A stretch of 24,585 bases of DNA from Bdellovibrionota bacterium (GTDB lineage: Bacteria; Bdellovibrionota_C; UBA2361; JBGSMV01), in assembly GCA_041739995.1 (NCBI GenBank), contig JBGSMV010000067.1, positions 1 to 24,585 of the forward strand. The letters run 5' to 3'. The notes beneath the pieces are model-generated. The model was given only the letters and a program-made list of their open reading frames with translations. It ran no database searches and was not told where the DNA came from. This document shows, one piece after another, positions 8,017-16,161 of the stretch (positions are counted from its first letter, which is position 1; each line of letters begins with the position of its first letter). The position numbers were made by a program, and so were the translations under genes.

Positions 8017-10262
8017 GTCAGCTGCCTTCATATCAATCCATTGATTTTTCTTGGGAAGTAGAGGCTCAAAGCTCTGCGCGTAACCCGAAGTCAGAAAGGC
8101 CCAGTCATCTGACTACCGAAGGCATTGAGCTACTTCCACAGTATGCGCAATCAGATCTTGAGGACCTCCCCTTGCCGATCGATGCGGGCGGAGCTTCGGA
8201 AGCCCATCTTTTTCCTGGATTCGCTCCCTTTTTGCGGGGGCCTTATCCGACTATGTATTTGCAGAATCCCTGGACGGTTCGCCAGTACGCGGGCTTTTCC
8301 ACTGCCGAAGAGAGCAACGCTTTTTATCGAAGAAATTTAGCAGCGGGGCAACGTGGGTTGTCAGTAGCGTTCGATCTCGCCACTCATCGTGGCTATGACT
8401 CTGATCATCTACGCGTTGAAGGAGATGTCGGAAAGGCGGGAGTCGCAATCGACTCTGTGCTCGACATGAAGATTCTCTTCGATAAGATTCCGCTTGATCA
8501 AATTTCTGTCTCAATGACCATGAACGGGGCGGTGCTACCGATCATGGCGTTCTACATTGTTGCCGCGGAAGAACAGGGGGTTGAAGTCAAGCAGCTCTCT
8601 GGAACCATTCAGAATGACATTCTCAAAGAATACTTAGTCAGAAACACGTACGTGTATCCACCACGCGAATCGCTTGCGATTGTGGGAGATATTTTTTCGT
8701 ACTGCGCGGCCCACATGCCGAAGTTTAACTGCATCAGCGTTTCTGGGTATCACATGCACGAAGCAGGGGCGCCTGCTGACCTTGAGCTTGCATACACTCT
8801 GGCTGATGGCCTGGAGTATGTGCGAAAGGGTTTGGACGTGGGGCTCGCGGTCGATGAGTTTGCGCCGCGGATTTCGTTCTTCTGGGCACTAGGCATGAAC
8901 TGTCTGATGGAAGTGGCGAAGCTGCGCGCAGGTCGGGCCTTGTGGGCAAAGTTGATGTGCCAATTTTCGCCGAAGAATGAGAAGTCCCTGATGCTGCGTG
9001 CACATTGCCAGACTTCCGGTTGGAGTCTTACCGAACAGGCGCCATTTAATAATGTGATGCGCACTCTCATTGAGGCTTTCGCGGGAGTGACGGGGCACAC
9101 GCAATCGCTTCATACAAATTCTCTGGATGAAGCGATTGCGTTGCCGACTGATTTTTCAGCTCGTATTGCTCGTAATACACAGCTCTTTTTGCAGCACGAA
9201 GCAGGATTGTGCCGGCCGATTGACCCGTGGGGTGGTTCATATTGCGTGGAGAGTTTGACGGGCGAGTTGATGAAGCGCGCATGGCAACATCTACGTGAAG
9301 TTGAGTCTCATGGTGGAATGACCCGGGCGATTGAACTCGGCATTCCGGCGCGCCGCATCGATGAAGCGGCAGCACGGCGACAGGCGCGTATAGACTCAGG
9401 CGCTGAAATCATTGTGGGAGTTAATAAGTTTAGGAGCGAAGAGCGCACAGTGCTTCCGATTCTAGAAGTAAGCAACTCAGAAGTTCGTGCTCAGCAGATT
9501 GCGCGACTCTCTGAGCTTCGAAAGTCTCGAAGTGCTGCTGATGTTAAGCGAGCTCTCGAAGCGCTTACCGAATGTGCGCGCGGGATTGGTGAGGCAAAGC
9601 AGGACAAGAACAGGCAATCTGCGAGCAATCTGCTTGGATGCGCAGTCGATGCCGCTCGTGCGCGCGCAACGCTTGGCGAGATATCACTGGCACTCGAAGC
9701 CGTATTTAAGCGACATGTTGCCCCTATTCGTGTAACCACTGGGGTCTACGGGGTAGCGTACTCAGAAGAGACCAAAACTCGAGGCTCGGGAGGCAAGACA
9801 GACATGATCGAACAGGTGAGAAAGCGTACTGCATTATTCGCTGAGAAGTTTGGACGACGGCCTCGCATCTTGGTGGCAAAAGTGGGCCAAGATGGTCACG
9901 ACCGAGGAGCTAAGATTATTGCCAGTGCCTTTGCTGATCTTGGGTTTGATGTCGATGTGGGGCCATTATTTCAGACTCCGGAAGAGGTCTGCCAACAGGC
10001 CATTGATAATGATGTGCATGTCGTCGGGGTGAGCTCGCTTGCGGGGGGGCACAAGACGCTTGTGCCAAAGTTGATTGAGCAACTGAAATCACATGGGCGT
10101 AAAGATATTAAAGTAGTAGTGGGGGGCGTCATCCCAGAGCAAGATTATGCGTCGCTCTTAAAAGCGGGCGCGGTTGCAGTGTATGGTCCTGGCACGAAGA
10201 TCCCAGAGGCTGCCGCAGAGTTGCTTGAACAGCTTGAAAAGCTGGCCGGACGCGCCAAATAA
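8013..10262 (+). CDS. mutB: Methylmalonyl-CoA mutase large (alpha, adenosylcobalamin-binding) subunit
   Basis: [17 protein letters not shown] (specificity Tyr); [14 protein letters not shown] (specificity Arg); [10 protein letters not shown]12-binding DGHDRG and [10 protein letters not shown]. Confidence 0.97.
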   Translation: MSQLPSYQSIDFSWEVEAQSSARNPKSERPSHLTTEGIELLPQYAQSDLEDLPLPIDAGGASEAHLFPGFAPFLRGPYPTMYLQNPWTVRQYAGFSTAEESNAFYRRNLAAGQRGLSVAFDLATHRGYDSDHLRVEGDVGKAGVAIDSVLDMKILFDKIPLDQISVSMTMNGAVLPIMAFYIVAAEEQGVEVKQLSGTIQNDILKEYLVRNTYVYPPRESLAIVGDIFSYCAAHMPKFNCISVSGYHMHEAGAPADLELAYTLADGLEYVRKGLDVGLAVDEFAPRISFFWALGMNCLMEVAKLRAGRALWAKLMCQFSPKNEKSLMLRAHCQTSGWSLTEQAPFNNVMRTLIEAFAGVTGHTQSLHTNSLDEAIALPTDFSARIARNTQLFLQHEAGLCRPIDPWGGSYCVESLTGELMKRAWQHLREVESHGGMTRAIELGIPARRIDEAAARRQARIDSGAEIIVGVNKFRSEERTVLPILEVSNSEVRAQQIARLSELRKSRSAADVKRALEALTECARGIGEAKQDKNRQSASNLLGCAVDAARARATLGEISLALEAVFKRHVAPIRVTTGVYGVAYSEETKTRGSGGKTDMIEQVRKRTALFAEKFGRRPRILVAKVGQDGHDRGAKIIASAFADLGFDVDVGPLFQTPEEVCQQAIDNDVHVVGVSSLAGGHKTLVPKLIEQLKSHGRKDIKVVVGGVIPEQDYASLLKAGAVAVYGPGTKIPEAAAELLEQLEKLAGRAK

Positions 10263-10273
10263 GTTGAGGTCTG

Positions 10274-11746
10274 ATGATGGGGCGTCAAACCTACCTCGCC
10301 GCGCTGGGTGTGGTGTTTTTGCTCTCTGCTGCGCTACGGGTTGCGGCATCGTCGGGTGACCTTTGGCTCGACGAGATTATGTCGCTTAACGCTGCGCGCG
10401 GCTGCCAGAATATTCTTCAAATATTTTCGCTGAATCACGACAATAACCATCTGCTCAATTCAGTTTGGCTGTTTCTGCTGAGTGGCGTTGATAATCCAAT
10501 GCTGCTGCGGGGATTCTCGCTGTTGAGTGGGTTTGGGACGTTGTTCTTGCTGCTGACTTGGCCTGAGACGAGAACGCGTGGTGCCGAAGGAGGCTCGCCG
10601 CTAACGGATACTTTTGACATCGAGCGAGTCTTGCGGATGCTAATGATTGGCGCTTCCTATCCGTTGGTGCTGTATGACAGTGAGGCTCGCGGGTATGCCA
10701 CTATGATGTTTGGCGGACTCTTGGCGTGGAGAGTCTTGTGGGTCGGCGCGTTTGGGTTTCGAGCAGCGCTCATCTTCTGGATTGGATCTGGTTTGTGTGT
10801 GCTTGGACATTCATCTGGGGTGCAGTGGCATTGTGCACTTCTCGTTTGGTCTCTAGTGACTGTGTGGCTCTCTCCGGCGCGAGGAGTGATAGGTCGAAGT
10901 CTCGCTTTGTTTCACCTGCCGGTAATCATTGGCGTCGGTATTCTTTGGCTTGGATTCATTTCTCAGTTACCTGCCGGTAGTGGTTCACTTCGTTCTTGGT
11001 ATGAGGTGCTGGTCAGTGCGCTGAGCATTGGGTTTGGTGGGCCGCTGGTGTCTGAGCTAGCCCCAGAGGTTTCTTTGTTGGCCTTGCTGATCGCGATTGT
11101 GGTCTTGGTGTTGATAATTCGCGCGTTAGTGAGTCAGTGGAATCAGGACCGTCGTTTTGCGATTACTTGCCTCACGGGCATCGCCCTTGTTCCCATTGCG
11201 GCGGTGGTATTGTTTGATCCGCGCGTAATTTACGAGCGTTATTTTCTGTCGAGTCTTGTATTCATTTATTTCCTGTTGGCAAGATTCGCCGCTGATTTGT
11301 GGCACAAAAATTCTGTTGCGAGAGCGGTAGTCGCAGTGGCGCTTGTGATGTTTGTGATTGGACAAGCACTGAACTTAGCTTCGTTAATGGCTCATCATCG
11401 TGGAAGCTATAAGTCTCTGTTGGTCGAAGTGCTTGCGGTGGATTCCGCAGATCCCTTGGTGGTGACGAGAGATCATTCTTTTAGAATTGATTTGGTCTCG
11501 AGATACTATCAACAACAGATAGAAGGTGGTGAGCGCTTGGTGTTCCAACATGACCCACTAGCTCGCTGGCACATAGTTCATTCCCAAGACAGCGAATGGC
11601 TGCCACCACCGTTCATTCCCGGTCCTGAAGGCGCAAGTTTAGAGAAAGTCTCATGCCGTTTCTCAGCCCCGCTTTCGGGTTGGTCCTGGTGCGCCTACCG
11701 CGCTGCCGTAGAAAGGGAACTTGAAAAGGTACCACCTTCCTTTTAG
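10274..11746 (+). CDS. Polytopic membrane protein, putative GT-C-fold (PMT/ArnT-like) glycosyltransferase
   Basis: LWLDE after the first TM helix, HDNNHLL, SEARGY, ERY; about 10-12 hydrophobic segments and a soluble C-terminal tail. Confidence 0.7.
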   Translation: MMGRQTYLAALGVVFLLSAALRVAASSGDLWLDEIMSLNAARGCQNILQIFSLNHDNNHLLNSVWLFLLSGVDNPMLLRGFSLLSGFGTLFLLLTWPETRTRGAEGGSPLTDTFDIERVLRMLMIGASYPLVLYDSEARGYATMMFGGLLAWRVLWVGAFGFRAALIFWIGSGLCVLGHSSGVQWHCALLVWSLVTVWLSPARGVIGRSLALFHLPVIIGVGILWLGFISQLPAGSGSLRSWYEVLVSALSIGFGGPLVSELAPEVSLLALLIAIVVLVLIIRALVSQWNQDRRFAITCLTGIALVPIAAVVLFDPRVIYERYFLSSLVFIYFLLARFAADLWHKNSVARAVVAVALVMFVIGQALNLASLMAHHRGSYKSLLVEVLAVDSADPLVVTRDHSFRIDLVSRYYQQQIEGGERLVFQHDPLARWHIVHSQDSEWLPPPFIPGPEGASLEKVSCRFSAPLSGWSWCAYRAAVERELEKVPPSF

Positions 11747-11755
11747 GCGCTCTTA

Positions 11756-12004
11756 TTACGATTTAACGGGTCGCTGGGGCTCTTCTTCTTGCTCGCGCAT
11801 GGCCTGTTGAAATGAAAGTTGATATTGACCCTCGATAGCCAGTTCCGCCATTCCTGCATAGGTATCAACACGTTGGACCACAAAGAGACCTCGTCCATGA
11901 CGGGTTACGAGCAGAGGCCCAGGCGCCTCGTTCATTCGTCCCAGCCAATAGTTAAGACTCGACTTAAAAGCAGAGAGTGGAATAACGGTGCGAATGTTGT
12001 TCAT
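11756..12004 (-). CDS. Phd/YefM-family antitoxin-like protein
   Basis: 82 aa; IPLSAFKSSL...GPLLVTRHGRGLFVVQRVDTY fits the Phd/YefM N-terminal pattern; acidic C-terminal tail; GGTGA SD-like sequence upstream. Confidence 0.8.
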   Translation of the reverse strand: MNNIRTVIPLSAFKSSLNYWLGRMNEAPGPLLVTRHGRGLFVVQRVDTYAGMAELAIEGQYQLSFQQAMREQEEEPQRPVKS

Positions 12005-12180
12005 AGTTCACCCATTAATAGAGGTTGCGTGACTCACGTGTGAGCCGTCTCCTTATCGGCAAGCAGCCAGGAAAGTTTCGTCAGTGGATCGTAAGTAGAC
12101 TGAATTTGGATCAAATTCGGTCAAAAGGCCCTTTTGCCGGAGTGCGGCTAAGTAAAGTCAGGTACTTGCGTCCTTGAAGT

Positions 12181-12239
12181 TCAAAAAAGGTAGTAGGTTC
12201 CTTTTAGGGTTGGCTACTCGAAAAAGGTAGAAGTTTCCT
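12181..12239. repeat. Imperfect 22-bp direct repeat (19/22 identical, 37-bp period)
   Basis: TCAAAAAAGGTAGTAGGTTCCT (12181-12202) and TCGAAAAAGGTAGAAGTTTCCT (12218-12239). Confidence 0.75.
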
Positions 12240-12252
12240 CTGTGGGGTAGAC

Positions 12253-13572
12253 TCAGGAAGTGAAGGGCAAAACGCGAGACTCGGGTAAGGTATAATTGGG
12301 AAACAGACTGTCGGGCGGAACGCCAATCCACGCGAGCGCTTCAGCATAGACCTGCCGATAGTCTAACACCGCAGGGAGAGCAGCGAACTGTCCCTGTCCA
12401 GGGTTTGGATCGGAAGCGGAAAGCTCAGCAACAGATGGCGCCCGGCCGATCAGCTGAGTGCCGCTTGAGCCGAAACCGCCCCCGGCGACCAGTGAAATAT
12501 TCCCATGGCCATGCTCGCTCCCTGAAGCTCCGAATAAACTTCTTCCAAACTCAGAGGAAATGACCAGAAGAGTTTGATTCCATGCGGGGCCAAGCAGATC
12601 CGTACGCAGTGCCCCGATATTGCGGTTTATTGAAGCAATCGCGCCACCGAGGCTGCTTATCAAATTCTCATGGTGGTCAAAACCATCGAGACCAATTTGT
12701 ATGAACATACTGCGCGGAGAGTGACCAGGTCGAAATTCGTACTTCAGAATTCGAGCAGTATCAGCAAACAGGGTGCCCCATGAATCTTGAGAGTATGAAC
12801 CTGACAAGCTGGTGCTTTGAATAGGGCGAAGCTCAGGAATGCTGTCGAGTGCATCGGACATGGCTTCTTGCACCTGTCGAGATCTTTCAGGCAGCCCTGA
12901 TTGCACAGCAAGCATTTGTTGAAGTGTATCAGCCGCCAGCCGATTCTCAGCATTCACCCAGTCATACTGCTGGAGAGAGCGAGCGATCGATACTGGGGGT
13001 TGACCACTTGCCCGTTGGAGCGGAAGTCCAGGATTGCTCCCAAAGCGGAATACTTGAGTGGGGGTAAATCCGCACTGGTCCATCAAGCGACCGAGCCACT
13101 GCCCAGGCTCAGATGACTGATATTTAAACATACCGGACATGAGATTTGTCATGGCGTCTGGGTGCGACCGCGAGTCGTGCGGCATGCCAATGCAGGCAAG
13201 CAGCTTTGCCTCACCCTGCTCAAGTAAGTCCTTAACAGAAAGGTTAGAACCTGAATGTTGAGAGAAATTCGAATGCACACCGAGCAGCTCGTTGCCAAAT
13301 GAGAGCGCGGTTGCCCCCGCTCCGCTGGTCGGAAGCACTAGTTGCGGGCGACGTGTGCTGAGCGCACTGCGCATTCCTGAGTGAAGTGGCTGAAAGGCAA
13401 AGAGCCCGTCAAAGCCACCCGCGAGCACGATGTTGACGATAGCTTTTCCAGGGCCTGGGCCACAGTTGCCCTCGGCCAGAAGCAGTGAAGGTCCAAGCGT
13501 GGAGCTTAAGGCAGCGCCACAGCTGCACCAGCCGGCAAGCTTCATCAGTTGTCTTCGAGAAATTTCGCTCAT
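12253..13572 (-). CDS. DUF1501 family protein with Tat signal peptide
   Basis: MSEISRRQLMK twin-arginine signal; GGFDG, SRSH, GFDHH, SEFGR, GSEHGHG, LDYRQVY; AAGGAG SD; ATG 13572 overlaps the upstream TGA (ATGA). Confidence 0.9.
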   Translation of the reverse strand: MSEISRRQLMKLAGWCSCGAALSSTLGPSLLLAEGNCGPGPGKAIVNIVLAGGFDGLFAFQPLHSGMRSALSTRRPQLVLPTSGAGATALSFGNELLGVHSNFSQHSGSNLSVKDLLEQGEAKLLACIGMPHDSRSHPDAMTNLMSGMFKYQSSEPGQWLGRLMDQCGFTPTQVFRFGSNPGLPLQRASGQPPVSIARSLQQYDWVNAENRLAADTLQQMLAVQSGLPERSRQVQEAMSDALDSIPELRPIQSTSLSGSYSQDSWGTLFADTARILKYEFRPGHSPRSMFIQIGLDGFDHHENLISSLGGAIASINRNIGALRTDLLGPAWNQTLLVISSEFGRSLFGASGSEHGHGNISLVAGGGFGSSGTQLIGRAPSVAELSASDPNPGQGQFAALPAVLDYRQVYAEALAWIGVPPDSLFPNYTLPESRVLPFTS

Positions 13573-15884
13573 GTCATGCTCCTTGGGTGCATGCCCAAAA
13601 TCCAAACCAGTCCGCGCATTAATTGACGGGTACGTTCTTGATTAGTCGGATCCCATGGGAAATTAAGTGAGGGTCTATGAATATAGTTCACAAGTACATT
13701 GCGTTCGGCATCAGACAGAGTGATATCAAGTGCTTGCGCGGCTTGTTCGACGACTAAAGCAGGGTCGGCTTCAAGTGAATTGGTGAGTAGCAGCTCGGCC
13801 AGGTTCGCACCTTCGCCCGTTACGTAGAGATTCGAATTTCCCTCAAATATTTCGGTGCGAGGATTCGGATCGGTCTGATTTTCAAGCAGTCGCCACAGCT
13901 CGCGACCTCGATTTACTAGGGACTGTGAATTGAGCCATGTTTCACCATGATTCGCGACACCAGCGCTTATTCTATCCCCGCACTGACGGAAGCCAAAGAC
14001 GTCACCAGGCTCAAATACCGCGTGTCCTGATTGCACAAGTGCAAAGTTCATTCTTCTGAATGCGGCCGTGGAGTTAAGCGGCAATCGGCTCATGCGAGCG
14101 ACAAGCGCAAGATGTTCAGCGGGAGTCTTTATACAGCCATTCTGGCTTTCTGGACTGAACATCGCGGAAGAGTTCAGAATCACTCTAAGGAGCTCGGTCA
14201 TGTCGAAATCAGTTGCTTTGAGATGGACAGCGAGTTGTTCCGTTATCTCGCGTGGGGGACTTGGGTATGCGTATCGTCCAAAGAAGCGATAGGCCAGATT
14301 CTCAGCGGTGCCTGGATGATCAAAGAATAAAAGGTCAACTAGATTGTCGGCACTAAGACTTCGGCCTGGGCGTAAGGCATCTTCTTCGACCCGCATTGTC
14401 TGGTGAGCAGGGTGGTTGCCGAGGGTAGAGAAGATTGACACAGCTCCGCCTGGGTACACCCATTGAGGGACGAAATGCATTCCCATGCCCAGATAAGGAA
14501 CTCCAGACCCAGCTACGTTCCAGTTCTGAAACCCAGGCTGTGCGCCATATCCGGGAAACCATGCGTCGAATCCTGAGAGCAAAAGAGCTGCGGAGGATAC
14601 GTCGCCCTCGGTGTAGGTGGCCTGATAGACTTCGTTACCAGTGGTCGGGTCGATAGTCGGATAGAGACTGTCTTTGCCTAAGGTAAAGCGCTCTAGAACT
14701 TCGCGTCCATAATTGAAGTTGCCGGTTGCCGCAGGATCGCTACCCCAAGAGGGGTAGTAGCGATTTGAGCGATTGTCGAGGGACCAGCCCATGACCGTGT
14801 CGTAGTTCATTTCATGCATGAACTCACGCATGCTTCCCATCGAATAGTGGCGAAGCTTTAGATAGTGGTCCTTACTGGACCAGCGCAGACCAATTTGGCC
14901 CGAGCGCTGTGGCGCGTCTATATTAGCTGCGAAGTGGTCGTGCAGATTGAGCAGCGCCAATTCACGCAAGCCACTGCCCTTTAGTAGCTGAACGCTCCAA
15001 GCCACGCGCGTTGAGTAGGATTCCCAGAGGGCGCGACCGCCAGTCACTTCGGGAAAGCTGTTATTAAGTAGTCCTACGGCAGTGCCCTCGCTTTCACTGC
15101 GATCCTCGATGGCAGAAGAAGCGCTCCAGCTGAGAAGCTCTTCGACAAAGGTAGATCTCTCTGGGTTTGATCGCGCCAGCGTACGCAGGTCATCATTTCC
15201 CCCAAGACCTACTCGGTGCAGTAGTCCCATGGCCTCAGCCGAGGTGAGGTGTGCGCGGTAAGGAACGAGGGAAGCGGAGTCGCCAGCAAAATTCGTAATC
15301 TCGGTGCTGACTAAAATCGTCACGCTGCCGAGCGAGCCTTCGGGCTCAAGTGGGTTCTGAAGTCGATAGGTGAAGGAGTCTTCTCCCAAAAAGTGGGCGT
15401 CGGGGAGGTACAAGATTTCGCCATCGGTGCTTGTGATTGTGCCGTGCTGAGGGTCGCTGATTTCTGCAATAGACGTGGCTAGGCCACATAAGTTAGTGGG
15501 CACTTGTAGGCTTGTAGTAGAGTTCTCTTTGGCTTCAATGCTGACGTGCTGAGGAGCAGGTCGGCAGGCGGCTTTGCGCGGACATACGTTGTTTTTTCCA
15601 CCAAGACGCTTTTTTACAAACTTTAGCTCCGCTTTTGTGAGCGGACGGAACAGAGTTTTTCCGCGTTTAGTTTTAGTGACTCCGATTCTTGTTTGACGGG
15701 AATTAAAGTCGCACACGATCGGAGCGTTTCTGAATTTTCGAGGGAGTTGCTTGTCAGTTGAGGCGACAAGGGATTGGTTTGATACTCTACGAAAGCGCGG
15801 AGCATTATTATTGCTGGCAGCCGACGCCGCGGACGTGAAGAACACGAGCGCTAGCAGAGATAGAATTTTAAGGTACTGCCCCAC
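13569..15884 (-). CDS. DUF1800 family protein with Sec signal, basic N-terminal segment and Ig/cadherin-like domain
   Basis: LLHRVGLG, LRELALLNLHDHFA, SLDNRSN, NFNYGREVLERFTLG, YTEGDV, IKTPAE, GETWLNS; Ig-like PQHGTI...YLPDAHFLGEDSFTY; GTG 15884 lies 6 nt after GGAGGAG (alternative ATG 15902). Confidence 0.88.
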   Translation of the reverse strand: MGQYLKILSLLALVFFTSAASAASNNNAPRFRRVSNQSLVASTDKQLPRKFRNAPIVCDFNSRQTRIGVTKTKRGKTLFRPLTKAELKFVKKRLGGKNNVCPRKAACRPAPQHVSIEAKENSTTSLQVPTNLCGLATSIAEISDPQHGTITSTDGEILYLPDAHFLGEDSFTYRLQNPLEPEGSLGSVTILVSTEITNFAGDSASLVPYRAHLTSAEAMGLLHRVGLGGNDDLRTLARSNPERSTFVEELLSWSASSAIEDRSESEGTAVGLLNNSFPEVTGGRALWESYSTRVAWSVQLLKGSGLRELALLNLHDHFAANIDAPQRSGQIGLRWSSKDHYLKLRHYSMGSMREFMHEMNYDTVMGWSLDNRSNRYYPSWGSDPAATGNFNYGREVLERFTLGKDSLYPTIDPTTGNEVYQATYTEGDVSSAALLLSGFDAWFPGYGAQPGFQNWNVAGSGVPYLGMGMHFVPQWVYPGGAVSIFSTLGNHPAHQTMRVEEDALRPGRSLSADNLVDLLFFDHPGTAENLAYRFFGRYAYPSPPREITEQLAVHLKATDFDMTELLRVILNSSAMFSPESQNGCIKTPAEHLALVARMSRLPLNSTAAFRRMNFALVQSGHAVFEPGDVFGFRQCGDRISAGVANHGETWLNSQSLVNRGRELWRLLENQTDPNPRTEIFEGNSNLYVTGEGANLAELLLTNSLEADPALVVEQAAQALDITLSDAERNVLVNYIHRPSLNFPWDPTNQERTRQLMRGLVWILGMHPRSMT

Positions 15885-15941
15885 CACGGGCTCCTCCGAC
15901 ATGTGACCACCCAACCCAGAGCCTCAATGCAGTTAGAAAAG

Positions 15942-15955
15942 GCAAAAAACGTGCC
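15942..15955 (-). promoter_or_regulatory. Sigma-54 (-24/-12) promoter for the DUF1800-DUF1501 operon
   Basis: Minus strand reads (C)GGCACGTTTTTTGC, matching YTGGCACG-N4-TTGC with exact GG-N10-GC spacing, about 60 nt upstream of the start codon. Confidence 0.8.
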
Positions 15956-16161
15956 GCGGTGCTTACTGGTGGAATTGACGAGTGGAACCAATCTGGCGGA
16001 TGAGGTAATGATTTCGCGTAGGTAGGACGTTACCCAAGGGCGGTTGTTCGCCTAGTGGGGCTGGTTTGGAAAGGTAGCAACCGCACGGGTGGCTCGCACT
16101 GGTTCAACTTCGATGGATTGAGAGCGTTGGTTCGACCTGCAGCATTTAGGAGTTTGATTTC

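Noticed and set aside
8013..10262. Isobutyryl-CoA or other acyl-CoA mutase specificity
   Set aside because: Tyr in RQYAGF and Arg in EYLVRNTY are the methylmalonyl-CoA mutase determinants.
12181..12239. Mini CRISPR array
   Set aside because: Only two imperfect 22-bp copies with a 15-nt spacer and no cas genes in the window.
16100..16140. TGGTTCAACT/TGGTTCGACC as tRNA T-loops
   Set aside because: No cloverleaf can be formed; at most a weak direct repeat in the possible enhancer region.
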